Shown here: positions 11,112 to 25,718 of the stretch, in pieces
Position numbering within the stretch: the first letter of the stretch is position 1
Layout: each line of letters opens with the position of its first letter
NCBI GenBank assembly: GCA_964625525.1
Contig: CAZVEE010000001.1
Location: forward strand, 9,623 to 73,622
Direction: 5' to 3'
Origin: an uncultured Alphaproteobacteria bacterium
GTDB taxonomy: Bacteria > Pseudomonadota > Alphaproteobacteria > JAJFIK01
DNA length: 64,000 bases
Notes under the pieces: generated by a model
Database searches by the model: none
Told to the model about the DNA's origin: nothing
Seen by the model: the letters and a program-made list of their open reading frames with translations, nothing else
Position numbers and translations under genes: made by a program

Positions 11112-12062
11112 GTGACCGCCCTTTTTGGATTGAAGACCCCGTACCAGACCAGTCTGAACCACGCGATCCGCTGTTCCGGCATCGGCCTGCATACCGGTGA
11201 ACCGGTGACCATGCGCCTGAAGCCGGCGCCTGTGGGCACCGGCATTTTGTTCGTGCGCGCTGATGTGACGGGCCAGGACCCCAAAGTGCCAGCCCGGTTC
11301 GACGCGGTGAGCGAAACCCAGCTGGGCACGACCATCAGCAATGCCGACGGCGTGTCGGTCGCGACCATCGAACATTTGATGGCGGCCCTGGTGGGCTGCG
11401 GTGTGGACAATGTGCTGGTGGAACTCGACGGTCCGGAAGTGCCGATCATGGACGGCAGTGCCGCGCCTTTTGTGTTTCTGATCGAATGCGCGGGTGTGTC
11501 CGTCAGCGATACGCCGCGCCAGGTGATCCGCGTGTTAGAGCCGGTGGTCCTGGAAGAGGGCGCGAAATACGCGTCCCTGGAGCCTGCCGACACCTTCTCT
11601 GTGGATTTCGAGATTGATTTCGAAACCCCCGTGATTGGCCATCAGCGGTATGGCTTTGAATTGTCCAGCGCCGCGTTCAAGACGGAATTGTGCCGCGCGC
11701 GGACATTCGGGTTTTTGAAGGATGTGGAACTGCTTCAATCCATGGGGCTGGCGCGGGGTGGGTCGCTGGAAAATGCCATCGTCATTTCCGAGGACCGTAT
11801 TCTCAATGAGACGGGCCTGCGCTATCCGGACGAGTTTGTGCGTCATAAGACGCTCGATGCCATCGGCGATCTCGCCTTAAGTGTGGTGCCTATAAAAGGG
11901 CACGTGACCGCGCGCCGGTCCGGCCATGATCTGAACAACCGGTTGTTGCGGGCCCTGTTTGCCCGGCCCGAGGCCTGGCGCCTGGAAACGATGACGGCGG
12001 AAGACATGGCCGATGCAGAGGGTCTCACGGAAGAGACGCTGCTGCCCGCTGCGGGGCGGTAA
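11112..12062 (+). CDS. lpxC: UDP-3-O-acyl-N-acetylglucosamine deacetylase
   Basis: GIGLHTGEPV, TIEHLMAAL, HKTLDAIGDL motifs. GTG start. Typical position after ftsZ. Confidence 0.93.
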   Translation: MTALFGLKTPYQTSLNHAIRCSGIGLHTGEPVTMRLKPAPVGTGILFVRADVTGQDPKVPARFDAVSETQLGTTISNADGVSVATIEHLMAALVGCGVDNVLVELDGPEVPIMDGSAAPFVFLIECAGVSVSDTPRQVIRVLEPVVLEEGAKYASLEPADTFSVDFEIDFETPVIGHQRYGFELSSAAFKTELCRARTFGFLKDVELLQSMGLARGGSLENAIVISEDRILNETGLRYPDEFVRHKTLDAIGDLALSVVPIKGHVTARRSGHDLNNRLLRALFARPEAWRLETMTAEDMADAEGLTEETLLPAAGR

Positions 12063-12079
12063 AGACCGGCGGTCAGGCG

Positions 12080-12511
12080 TCAGCTCTCGCCGTCGTCTGG
12101 CAGCGGCGCATCGGCCAGCGTGAGCGGGCTGCGTGGTCGGCCTGCACGGTCGGTCAAGCTCTTCACCAGGCTTGAGACCGCGTTGCGCACTTGCGGATCA
12201 GTGATCTCGGAGAAATTGCGCACCAATTCGATGGTGGAGCGGTTGCGCCCCCCATGAGGCATGGGGGTGCTTTGTGAGGTCGGCTCCAGATCCTCGAAAA
12301 AGTAGCTAATGTCGGAATCCAGATGCTTGGCGATCTCGTAGAGGCGCCCGGCACTCACCCGGTTGGATCCGGTCTCGTATTTTTGGACTTGCTGATAGGA
12401 GATATCGAGAGCATTCGCCAGCTGCTCCTGAGTCAAACCCAGCAGCGTCCGGCGCTGGCGGATCCGCTCCCCCACATATTCATCCACGCGCTTTGCCAGT
12501 CTCGGTGTCAT
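12080..12511 (-). CDS. XRE-family helix-turn-helix transcriptional regulator
   Basis: RIRQRRTLLGLTQEQLANALDISYQQVQKYETGSNRVSAGRLYEIAKHL is a classic Cro/C1-type HTH. 143 aa. Confidence 0.8.
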   Translation of the reverse strand: MTPRLAKRVDEYVGERIRQRRTLLGLTQEQLANALDISYQQVQKYETGSNRVSAGRLYEIAKHLDSDISYFFEDLEPTSQSTPMPHGGRNRSTIELVRNFSEITDPQVRNAVSSLVKSLTDRAGRPRSPLTLADAPLPDDGES

Positions 12512-12552
12512 CTGTCCCTGCGGATCCTTTTCCTTGGCGTCCCCTGTGTCGG

Positions 12553-12564
12553 CGTATCGATACG
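12553..12564. promoter_or_regulatory. perfect 12-bp palindrome CGTATCGATACG, candidate operator upstream of the XRE gene
   Basis: Perfect dyad 42 bp upstream of the XRE start codon, in the 436-bp divergent spacer. Function is inferred only. Confidence 0.25.
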
Positions 12565-12947
12565 GCGGATCCGATCATCCCGGTTGAGACGGGAGGGCGG
12601 AACGCACCGGACACGGTGGGAGGCGGTCTCTTCAGGCTGCGTATGACCCCGGCACAACGGACGTCAAACGGCAGGCTGCATGCCCAAATACGAGCATAAG
12701 GCCGCATTACAATTCGAAACACTTGGAAATGGCAAGGTCTTTCCTCGCCGTAAAGCTGTATACGCGTGTACAATCAAAGACATAGATCGAGGTGCGGGCC
12801 ACGCGGTGATCAGCGCATTGTGCATTCGCCCACCATTGCCATGGCCGTTTGCCACGGCTTAGGCTAAAACGATCTGTGCGGTGGGTTTGGCTGCGATAGT
12901 GGAGACAGATCCCTCTCTTTCGGGATCGCAAGGAGGCTCGTCTCGGG

Positions 12948-13793
12948 ATGACGCTAGGGTCTTGGGTTTTGTCCGGCGCGCGCGCCGTGGCTCTTGGGGT
13001 GACAGTGGTGGCGGGCCTGGCTGTGGCAGGTTGCTCGGGAACGGGCAAGCCGAAAGAGCTGCAATATGTAGAGACGCCAGTCGAGACGCTCTACAACCAA
13101 GCCGTCGACGAGATGAACAAGCGCCGTTACGCCCAGGCCGCGTTGCGCTTCGATGAGGTGGAGCGCCAGCACCCTTATTCCATCTGGGCGCGGCGAGCCA
13201 TGCTCATGTCCGCCTATAGTTATTACGAGAGCAACCGGTATGACGAGGCCATCCTGGCGGCCAACCGGTTCATCTCGCTGCATCCGGGTAACCGGGACGT
13301 GGCTTACGCCTATTACATCATCGCGGTCTCCTTCTATGAGCAGATCTCCGATGTGGGCCGCGACCAGAAAATGACCGAGGACGCGCTGAAAGCGCTCGAA
13401 GATGTGGTCCGCCGCTTCCCCAATTCCGAATATGCCCGCGATGCGCGCTTGAAGATCGACCTGACCCGCGACCACCTGGCGGGTAAGGAGATGAGCGTGG
13501 GCCGTTGGTATCTGCGTCGGGACCAGCATGTGGCGGCCATCAACCGGTTCCAGAACGTCATCGCCAATTACCAGACCACGTCTCACGTGCCTGAGGCGCT
13601 GCACCGCCTGACGGAATCCTATCTGGCATTGGGTGTGCTGCCGGAAGCACAGGCCTCGGCCGCCGTGCTCGGGCACAATTTCCCGGGCAGCAAATGGTAC
13701 CAGGACAGCTATGACATGCTGACCAAGCGCAATCTGGTGCCCAAGGAAGACGAAGCGTCGTGGGCGACCCGGGCCTGGAACACCATTTTCTAA
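12948..13793 (+). CDS. bamD: outer membrane protein assembly factor BamD (ComL/YfiO lipoprotein)
   Basis: Lipobox LAVAGCS after a signal peptide. TPR-like repeats with the typical BamD pattern (YYESNRYDEAI, FPNSEYARDARLKI). Confidence 0.85.
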   Translation: MTLGSWVLSGARAVALGVTVVAGLAVAGCSGTGKPKELQYVETPVETLYNQAVDEMNKRRYAQAALRFDEVERQHPYSIWARRAMLMSAYSYYESNRYDEAILAANRFISLHPGNRDVAYAYYIIAVSFYEQISDVGRDQKMTEDALKALEDVVRRFPNSEYARDARLKIDLTRDHLAGKEMSVGRWYLRRDQHVAAINRFQNVIANYQTTSHVPEALHRLTESYLALGVLPEAQASAAVLGHNFPGSKWYQDSYDMLTKRNLVPKEDEASWATRAWNTIF

Positions 13794-13915
13794 GGGTGCT
13801 CCTCTTAGCTCCCGCGCCGCATTGGCGCGGGGCGGAGCACGGCCTATCCTGATGCCAGACCGAATCGCGCAGCGGCCGGACACATGGTCTCTGTGTGGGC
13901 TTGGGAAGGCACATC

Positions 13916-18220
<4,305 letters not shown>

Positions 18221-18224
<4 letters not shown>

Positions 18225-20038
18225 AGCGCACGCGTCACGTCTTGCAGCCAGGCGCGGGTGGCGCCGTCGAGCTTGGGCGCGATCACTTTATAGACCCGGG
18301 CGTGATACTCGTTCAGCCAGTGGCGCTCCGCATCGCTGAGCATGCCGGGGATGATCAGAGTACGGTCGATGGGCGCAAGTGTCAGGGTTTCAAAGCCCAG
18401 AACCGGCCGGTCTCCACCATCAAGTGTTTCCGGCTTGGTCACGGCAATCAGGTTCTCGATACGAATGCCGTACTGCCCTTCGCGGTAGAAGCCTGGCTCG
18501 TTTGACACGATCATGCCCGGTTTCATCGCTGTATTCTTTAGCCGCTTGGAGATCGATTGCGGGCCCTCATGGACGCTGAGATAAGTGCCCACGCCATGGC
18601 CCGTGCCATGATCGTAATCGCAGCCGATCTCCCAAAGCGGTTGGCGCGCGATGGTATCAAGCTGAATGCCCAGCGTGCCTTCCGGGAACCGGGCCAGGGT
18701 AAGGCCGATCATGCCTTTCAGCACGCGCGTGAACCGATCGCGCATCTCCTCGGTGGGCGTGCCGACGGCGATGGTACGAGTGATGTCGGTAGTGCCGTCC
18801 TCATACTGACCACCAGAGTCAATGAGGTAGAGCGTGCCGTGTTCCAGCCGCCGGTTGCTGCGCTCGGTCACGCGGTAATGGGGCAGGGCCGCGTTCGGGC
18901 CAACGGCGGATATGGATTCAAAACTGATGTCTTTAAGATCGTGGGTTTCTTCGCGGAACGTTTCGAGTTGCTTGGCCGCCGCGATTTCGTCGATGGCGCC
19001 GCCGGTCGCCTCCCGCGCGAGCCAGGCGAGAAACCGGGTGACGGCCACGCCGTCGCGCTCATGGGCGTTGCGCATGCCATCAAGCTCTGCCGCGGTCTTG
19101 CACGCTTTGGGCAGCTGGCAGGGATCGGCCATGTGTTTGACGGTCGCGCCGGCGTCCCGCAGGCGATTGTCCACCCAGACCGGTGTCCATTCCGCGTCGA
19201 GCGCAACGGTTTTGCCATCCGCCCCCAGACGGTCAAGGGTCGGGCCCAGCACATTGGGCGCGGTCACCGTAACCGCATTGCCTAAATGCGCCCGCAGATC
19301 GCCGTCGATTTTGCGATCGTCAATGAACAGGTCCACTTGCCCATCCGTATGCAGAAGGGCAAAGCAGTGTGTGACCGGCACATGGGGCACGTCGCCGCCG
19401 CGTATGTTCAGCAGCCAAGCGATAGAATCAGGCAGGGCCAGCACGACGGCGTCGGCGCCGGCCTTTTCCAGAGTCGCGCCCACGTTGAGGCGCTTGTCCT
19501 CAGACGCGCGGCCCGAAAGGCTCGTGGGATGCGGGTGCGCGGGCGCCAGAGGCGGCAAGGGCTGATCCGCCCACACCGCGTCGATCGGGTTATGGTCAAG
19601 GGGTTCCAGCCTCGCGCCCGCCGCTTCGATAGCTGGCTTGAGGCGGCGAATATCACCCGGCGTATGCAGCCAGGGGTCAAAGCCAATGATCTGGCCAGCG
19701 CTCAGCGCCTCACCAAGCCAGGCATTGGCCGAGGATGTGACAGTGGAGACCGGTTCGAACACGGCGGTGTCCACCTGCTGGCGCACTTGCACCGTATAAC
19801 GTCCGTCCACGAATACGGCCGCCTGGTCCGGCAGCACGGCAGCCATGCCGGCCGAGCCCGTAAACCCGGTGAGCCAGGCCAGACGTTCCGCATGGGCCGG
19901 CACATATTCGCCCTGGTGTTCATCTGCACGGGGAATGATCACGCCGTCAAAACCGTGGTTTTTCAGATGCGCGCGCAGCAGAGCGGCGCGTTCGGCGCCA
20001 TGATCCGGGTTGCCGCGTTCACTGAAGGACTGACGCAT
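18221..20038 (-). CDS. pepP: aminopeptidase P family (M24B Xaa-Pro aminopeptidase)
   Basis: M24 metal-ligand motifs (DSGGQY, HGTGHGVGTYLSVHEGP, SNEPGFY). 605 aa. Its stop shares the tetranucleotide TTAA with the convergent upstream gene. Confidence 0.85.
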
Positions 20039-20056
20039 AGGGGCTCTCCTGACAGG

Positions 20057-20914
20057 TTAGGCGGCATCAAGCACGAGGGTGCTCCAGCCTTCAATCCGGG
20101 TTCGGTCTTTGACGCTTAAGCCAAGTGGTGTGTAGGCCGCCAGCACCCGCTCTTCTTGATCAGTGAGAAGGCCCGAGAGCACCACGGTGCCCTTCGGGGC
20201 GACGGTCGTGCTGATCTCCTCCGCCAGATCGATGAGCGGTTGCATCAAGATATTGGCGACCACCAGATCATAGGGCGCCTGATCGCGAATGGCCGTGCAG
20301 CGGGTCCCGCTGGCCACGGTAAACGCGATTTCATCCGCACACGCATTGACATGGGCATTGGCTTTGGCGGTTTCAATGGCGATCGGGTCCATGTCGCCGG
20401 CCATCACCGGAATGCGCATATGTTTGGCAATGGCCATGGCAAGAACACCGGTACCGCAGCCCACATCAAGGGCGTTGCGATAGGCACGGGCGCGCCCCAG
20501 CGTGTCGATGGCTTCAAGACAGCCGCGTGTGGTGCCATGATGGCCGGTGCCGAAGGCCTGGCCAGCCTCAATCAGGATACCAATATCATCGGCTCCGCTC
20601 GGGCCGTCATGGTGCTGACCATGGACGATGAAGCGTCCTGCGCGCACTGGTGTCAATTCGCTCAAAGACATGGCCACCCAATCTTCATCGGGTAACCGGC
20701 ACACGGAGGTGAGTAATCGGTCCTCGTCGGAAATCAGATCGAGTGCCGCGCGGGCTTCGCGCTGCTCGTCATAGAGCGCATCGACCCGCCAGCAGTCTTT
20801 GTCCGCGTCTTCGAAAATGGACACCGCCAACGCCTCTGGCAAGACCGCGTCGGACCAGAGTGCCGCGGCCTGCTCCGCCGGTTCGCGTTCCGCATGAAGA
20901 ATAATCCGCCACAT
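20057..20914 (-). CDS. prmA: ribosomal protein L11 methyltransferase
   Basis: FGTGHHGTTRGCLEAI and SAM motif LDVGCGTGVLAMA, both typical of PrmA. Confidence 0.85.
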   Translation of the reverse strand: MWRIILHAEREPAEQAAALWSDAVLPEALAVSIFEDADKDCWRVDALYDEQREARAALDLISDEDRLLTSVCRLPDEDWVAMSLSELTPVRAGRFIVHGQHHDGPSGADDIGILIEAGQAFGTGHHGTTRGCLEAIDTLGRARAYRNALDVGCGTGVLAMAIAKHMRIPVMAGDMDPIAIETAKANAHVNACADEIAFTVASGTRCTAIRDQAPYDLVVANILMQPLIDLAEEISTTVAPKGTVVLSGLLTDQEERVLAAYTPLGLSVKDRTRIEGWSTLVLDAA

Positions 20915-20944
20915 GATTGTCGTCCCTTCAACCCCCGAAAATGC

Positions 20945-23266
20945 TCACTCGGCCACTGGCGACACGAAGCTGGCAATCACCCGCTTCGATCCGACCGTGT
21001 CAAAGGTCACGGTCAGCTTCGCCCCCTCCATGGCCGTGATACTCCCCGTTCCGAACTTTTGATGCGAGACCCGGTCGCCCACCGTGAAGTTTTGCGCGCT
21101 TGGGTCGGTGGTCGCGATCAGGTCCTTGTGATGGTCAATGACTTGCGGGGCATCAAGACGCGGTCGCCCCGCTTTGCCCGCCGCTTGCGCCCGCCGCCAG
21201 CCCGGCGTGTCATAACCGCTGGTGAACGGCGTCACATGATCAAAGCGCGACGGGCCTGCAAAGGGCGAGGCGGTGCTATCTTCGGTAATGTGCTTGGCCG
21301 GCAGTTCACTGATGAAGCGGGACGGGATACAGGGCTGCATCCGCCCGTAAATCGTCCGCATGGTGGCATAGGAGATGAAGGCCCGTTTGCGCGCCCGGGT
21401 GATGCCCACATAGGCGAGCCGGCGCTCTTCTTCTAGGCCTTTTTCACCATGCTCATCGAGAGACCGCTGGCTGGGGAACAGACCTTCCTCCCAGCCGGGG
21501 AGAAACACGGTGTCGAACTCCAGGCCCTTGGCGGCGTGCAGGGTCATGAGGGTGACTTTGTCGTCCGTGCCCGCCTGTTCCAGTTCCACCACCAGCGCGA
21601 TGTGCTCCAGATAGCCTTCCAGCGTGTCGAACTCCTGCATGGAGCGCACGAGTTCCTTCAGGTTCTCGATCCGGCCTGGTGCCTGGGGTGATTTGTCCGC
21701 CGTCCACATGTCCATGTAGCCGGACTCATCCAGGATCAGGCCCGCGAGGTCCCAATGGCGAATTTCCGTTTTTTGAGCGCGCCAATGGTCGATCTGCTGC
21801 AGGAAGGCGCCCATGGCCTTGGCCTGTTGCCCTTTCAACGCCCCCATCTCCAGCAAACGATAGCTTGCTTCCGCATAAGGAATATCGTGCTCTCGCGACA
21901 GGGCGGTGAAGGCCTGACTGACCTTGTCGCCAAGTTTGCGCGAAGGGGTGTTGAAAATTCGTTCAAAAGCCAGGCTGTCTGCGGGATTGGCGACAATCCG
22001 TAAATAAGCGATGGCGTCGCGAATCTCCGCACGCTCATAGAAGCGAGGGCCGCCGATGACTTGATAAGGTAGGCCGATGGTGACGAAGCGATCTTCCAGT
22101 GATCGCATCTGCGAGGACGCACGCACCAGTACAGCCATTTGCGCCAGGGACTCACCGTCCTTTTTCAGGGTCTCCATGGTATCAGTGACACTGCGGGCTT
22201 CTTCCGCGTCGTCAAAGACGCCGCGAATGGTGAGGGGCTCGCCAGCCGCATCATCCGTCCACAGCGTTTTACCCAGACGTTGCTGGTTCCCAGCGATGAG
22301 CCCCGACGCAGCCCCGAGAATATTTGCGGTCGAGCGGTAATTGCGCTCCAGGCGGATAACCGTTGCGTCGGGAAAGTCGGTCTCAAAGCGCAGAATATTG
22401 TCCACTTCCGCGCCGCGCCAGCCATAGATGGACTGGTCGTCATCGCCCACACAGCAGATATTATGCGGCCCTTGCGCCAGCAGGCGCAGCCACAGATACT
22501 GGGCCACATTCGTGTCCTGATATTCGTCCACCAGGATGTATTTAAAGCGCTGGTGGAACTCCGCCAACACGTCCGGGTTTTCCCGAAACAGGCGCAGACA
22601 TTCCATCAGCAGATCGCCGAAATCCACTGCATTGAGAAATTTCAGGCGCTCTTGATACTGACGGTAGAGGTCGCCGCCGCGGCCATTGGCGTACTGGCCG
22701 GCTTCGCTTTCGGGCACTTGGTCAGGCGCCCAGCCCTTGTTCTTCCAGCGGTCGATCAGGAAAGCGAGTTGACGGGCGGGCCAGCGCTTGTCGTCGATAC
22801 GGTCGGCCTGCACAAGCTGTTTCAGCAGGCGGATCTGGTCATCTGTATCCAGAATGGTGAAGGCGGAGGTCAGCCCGACCAGCTCCGCGTTGCGACGCAG
22901 GATTTGCGCGGAAATCGAGTGGAACGTGCCCAGCCACGGCATGCCTTCGACCACTGCGCCCAAAAGGGCGCCAATGCGCTCTTTCATCTCCCGGGCGGCC
23001 TTGTTGGTAAAGGTCACTGAGAGGATTTCCCGCGGCCAGGCGCGGCGTGTGGCGATGAGGTGGGCAATGCGCGTGGTCAACACGCGGGTCTTGCCGGTCC
23101 CGGCCCCCGCCAGGACCAGCACCGGGCCGTCAAGTGCCTCGACAGCGGCGCGCTGCTCGGGATTGAGCGTGGTCAGATAAGGCGGTTCGGCCTGGGGCGC
23201 GGGCGCCCCAGGAACGGGAGTGTCATCATCGTCAAGGTCGAACGGGTCGTCGAAGCTGTTGGGCAT
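20945..23266 (-). CDS. uvrD: UvrD/PcrA/Rep-family ATP-dependent DNA helicase
   Basis: Walker A AGAGTGKT, DEYQDTN, TLHAAKGLEF, VGITRA motifs and a C-terminal VGDRVSHQKFGTGSI domain. Start taken at ATG 23266 (MPNSFDD). The longer ORF to 23395 would overlap the ClC gene. Confidence 0.9.
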   Translation of the reverse strand: MPNSFDDPFDLDDDDTPVPGAPAPQAEPPYLTTLNPEQRAAVEALDGPVLVLAGAGTGKTRVLTTRIAHLIATRRAWPREILSVTFTNKAAREMKERIGALLGAVVEGMPWLGTFHSISAQILRRNAELVGLTSAFTILDTDDQIRLLKQLVQADRIDDKRWPARQLAFLIDRWKNKGWAPDQVPESEAGQYANGRGGDLYRQYQERLKFLNAVDFGDLLMECLRLFRENPDVLAEFHQRFKYILVDEYQDTNVAQYLWLRLLAQGPHNICCVGDDDQSIYGWRGAEVDNILRFETDFPDATVIRLERNYRSTANILGAASGLIAGNQQRLGKTLWTDDAAGEPLTIRGVFDDAEEARSVTDTMETLKKDGESLAQMAVLVRASSQMRSLEDRFVTIGLPYQVIGGPRFYERAEIRDAIAYLRIVANPADSLAFERIFNTPSRKLGDKVSQAFTALSREHDIPYAEASYRLLEMGALKGQQAKAMGAFLQQIDHWRAQKTEIRHWDLAGLILDESGYMDMWTADKSPQAPGRIENLKELVRSMQEFDTLEGYLEHIALVVELEQAGTDDKVTLMTLHAAKGLEFDTVFLPGWEEGLFPSQRSLDEHGEKGLEEERRLAYVGITRARKRAFISYATMRTIYGRMQPCIPSRFISELPAKHITEDSTASPFAGPSRFDHVTPFTSGYDTPGWRRAQAAGKAGRPRLDAPQVIDHHKDLIATTDPSAQNFTVGDRVSHQKFGTGSITAMEGAKLTVTFDTVGSKRVIASFVSPVAE

Positions 23267-23324
23267 GATGCTCTGAAGGCAGGGACGGCGGTGTGGCGCG
23301 AGAGGCTCTTCGGGCCGGCCCCTT

Positions 23325-24932
23325 CTAGTGTTCCTCGATATTCGTCTCCACGAGACCCTTGTTATAGATTTCCAGGGCTCGTGTGTACGTGACAATCCCG
23401 ATCACCGTCTGCGGCGCGGTCCGCTCCACCACTTGAAGCACCTCTACGCTGTATTTGTCCATGCGCGTCAACGTGGTGTCGAGCGAGGATTCCGGGTAGA
23501 GGCGGGGTGTCTGCTCGTCTTCAAGATCGTAAGGCGCGCCGAGGCGCTCCATGAAGTCGGCCACGCGGATCGTGTGCCGGACTGATGTGTAAGTTCCTTC
23601 TCTAATGTCGATGTCGCGCATGAGCAACTGCCATTCGAAGAAGCTCATGCGCATGTAGGACTGGTTTGCCGCCGTTGCCACCGCTGCAGAGACCAGCAGC
23701 GCGATGGTCATGGCGTAATCGGCCGTGAGTTCAAAAACGATCACACTCGTGGAGATCGGCGCACGCAGAACAGCCGCCGCCACCGCACCCATGCCAACAA
23801 TGGCGTAAAAGCCGTAGGAGCTGGTCTGGGCTGGAAACAACCCATCGATGGCGATGCCCACGGCGCCTCCGGCCAGGGCCCCCAGATAAAGAGAGGGCCC
23901 GAACACGCCGCCGCCGAAACGGCTCGCGACCGTCACGGCTGTCGCGATGATCTTGGCCGCGATCAGCCCGAGCAGCACCCAGAGCGGGAAGGTCTCAAGC
24001 AAGGTGTCCGTGATCACTTCATCTCCGGGGCCAAGGATCTCCGGCACCCACAACGCCATCACACCGAGCACCAGCCCGCCCGCCGGCGGGCGCATCCACA
24101 AGGGCACGTCCACTTGGGCGGCAAGCCATAGGGCGCCTTTGGCGGTTTGGACGAAAGCAATGGCCACGGCCGCCGCCGCCAGGCCCAGCGCCACAAAGGC
24201 AGGCAGCTCCAGATAAGAGACGAGTTGGTGTTCGGGCACGACAAATGCCGGTGTGTCCCCCAGATGCAGCCGCGAGACCACCGCGCCCGCGACACTCGCC
24301 GTCGCAATGGGCGCGAAAGAGCGCACCGCGTAGTGGCGCAGGATCACTTCATGGGCAAAGAGGAACCCGGCAATAGGAGCATTGAACAGCGCTGCCACCG
24401 CCGCTGAAACACCGCAGGCCATGAGAATGCGCGTGGTGCGCCGGGGCAGGTTCAACAGCCGAGCGCCCAGCGAGCCGAACGAGGCGCCCAGATGCACGTC
24501 CGGCCCCTCCAGACCCGCGCTGGCGCCCGAGCCCAGCGAGATCGATGAGACGAACGCCGAGCCGAGCGACGGCCCGAAAGGCAGCCGCCCCCCCTCCCGG
24601 TCATTGGCGGCGATCACGTCGGCAATGCTCATGGGGCGTTCGATGCGCACCAGCAAGGTAAGCAGAATGCCCACCAGCAAGCCGCCCGCCGCCGGCGCGC
24701 CAATCACTTGCCAAGCCGGCAAGGCACGCACGGCCTCTACCAGAGTGGTCTCGCCGCCGGCCCCGAAAAACAGCCAGTGAAACCAATCAATCAGAAGATA
24801 AAAGACGATCGTGGCGTGTCCCGCGGCGATGCCGATGACAAGAGCCGCTGGCCAGATCAGCCGGTTGTTGAACTGGTTGCGTTTCACCCAGCTCAGAGCC
24901 TTGTCCGTCCATGTGCTCTGGCCTGTGCTCAC
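23325..24932 (-). CDS. ClC-family voltage-gated chloride channel/antiporter with C-terminal CBS region
   Basis: Polytopic membrane protein with GSGASAGLEGP and GGVFGPSL selectivity-filter-type motifs. Soluble C-terminal tail. Confidence 0.85.
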   Translation of the reverse strand: MSTGQSTWTDKALSWVKRNQFNNRLIWPAALVIGIAAGHATIVFYLLIDWFHWLFFGAGGETTLVEAVRALPAWQVIGAPAAGGLLVGILLTLLVRIERPMSIADVIAANDREGGRLPFGPSLGSAFVSSISLGSGASAGLEGPDVHLGASFGSLGARLLNLPRRTTRILMACGVSAAVAALFNAPIAGFLFAHEVILRHYAVRSFAPIATASVAGAVVSRLHLGDTPAFVVPEHQLVSYLELPAFVALGLAAAAVAIAFVQTAKGALWLAAQVDVPLWMRPPAGGLVLGVMALWVPEILGPGDEVITDTLLETFPLWVLLGLIAAKIIATAVTVASRFGGGVFGPSLYLGALAGGAVGIAIDGLFPAQTSSYGFYAIVGMGAVAAAVLRAPISTSVIVFELTADYAMTIALLVSAAVATAANQSYMRMSFFEWQLLMRDIDIREGTYTSVRHTIRVADFMERLGAPYDLEDEQTPRLYPESSLDTTLTRMDKYSVEVLQVVERTAPQTVIGIVTYTRALEIYNKGLVETNIEEH

Positions 24933-24951
24933 CGTGTCCCCCGTCAGTCGC

Positions 24952-25491
24952 TCACCGGCATTGCCCCAGCGAGCCTTCTGCGCAGATGCGCTCGCCGTCG
25001 ATCCAACGGGCGCCGCTGAGATCAGCTTCCAGAATGTCGGTGCGGTTCAGGAGCGCGTCGGTCAGGTCCGCCTCGCGCAGAATGGCGCGAAAGAAGCGGG
25101 CTCCGGTCAGGTCCGCGTCGCGCAGGATCGCGCCCGTGAGATCGGCCTTGGTGAAATCCGCCTCGCGCAGATACGCGCCGGTCAAGTCGGCGCCGATCAG
25201 GGTTGCCGAGAGGAATTTGGCGCGCCGGGCGTCGGCGTCCCGCAGCACTGCCGTGCTGAGGTCGGACCGGTTGAAGCGGGCCTGGTCCAGATCGGCGCCC
25301 GTGAGATCCACGCCGGCAAACGGGCGCTCTTCCATGTAACAGCGCCGCCAGTCCACGCCGGGGCCAGCGGGGTCGTTACAGCCCGCCTGCGCTGGAGTGC
25401 TGGTTATGGCCGCCACCGCCAGTAGGCCCAGAATCGCACAGCCAAGAGCGGCGATGCTCCGAGCGGTAAACCGTCTCCCCATGCTGCTCAT
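24952..25491 (-). CDS. secreted pentapeptide-repeat protein
   Basis: Signal peptide (AILGLLAVAAITSTPAQA) followed by tandem A(D/N)LxG/x pentapeptides (ADLTGAYLREADFTKADLTGAILRDADLTGA). Confidence 0.8.
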   Translation of the reverse strand: MSSMGRRFTARSIAALGCAILGLLAVAAITSTPAQAGCNDPAGPGVDWRRCYMEERPFAGVDLTGADLDQARFNRSDLSTAVLRDADARRAKFLSATLIGADLTGAYLREADFTKADLTGAILRDADLTGARFFRAILREADLTDALLNRTDILEADLSGARWIDGERICAEGSLGQCR

Positions 25492-25718
25492 TCCTGCCCT
25501 GACTCCTCGCTGTTCTGGCCTGGATCAAGGCGTTTGCCGTCGAGCCGGGTCACGCTGCGCGTTCGCTCGACATCCTGCGCCGCGCGCAGGGGCTTGGGGG
25601 TGCCGAACTGAATCCGGTTGGCGGCGGCCGTGTCCTGCTTGGCCAAACGGGCACGGCGTTTGCGTTCCTGGCGTAAATTGGTGACGGTACTCACCCGGTG
25701 CTCATCGCTCACTGGCAT
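25488..25718 (-). CDS. DUF4169-family small charged protein
   Basis: NLRQERKRRARLAKQDTAAANRIQFGTPK...LDGKRLD matches my memory of the DUF4169 pattern. ATGA overlap with the pentapeptide gene start. Confidence 0.65.
   Translation of the reverse strand: MPVSDEHRVSTVTNLRQERKRRARLAKQDTAAANRIQFGTPKPLRAAQDVERTRSVTRLDGKRLDPGQNSEESGQE

Noticed and set aside
12080-12511. XRE-family protein as the antitoxin of a toxin-antitoxin pair.
   Set aside because: No small partner ORF is adjacent. The downstream neighbour is convergent lpxC (17-bp gap) and the upstream 436 bp has no credible CDS.
13794-13915. SOS (LexA) box upstream of recN. I also looked upstream of the UvrD-like helicase at 23267-23324.
   Set aside because: No GTTC-N7-GTTC/GAAC-N7-GAAC alphaproteobacterial LexA motif or other dyad is visible in either spacer.
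23267-23395. N-terminal extension of the UvrD-like helicase ORF (43 extra codons).
   Set aside because: The extension overlaps the 3' end of the ClC gene and is Arg-rich with no helicase similarity. ATG 23266 (MPNSFDDPFD) gives a normal N-terminus.
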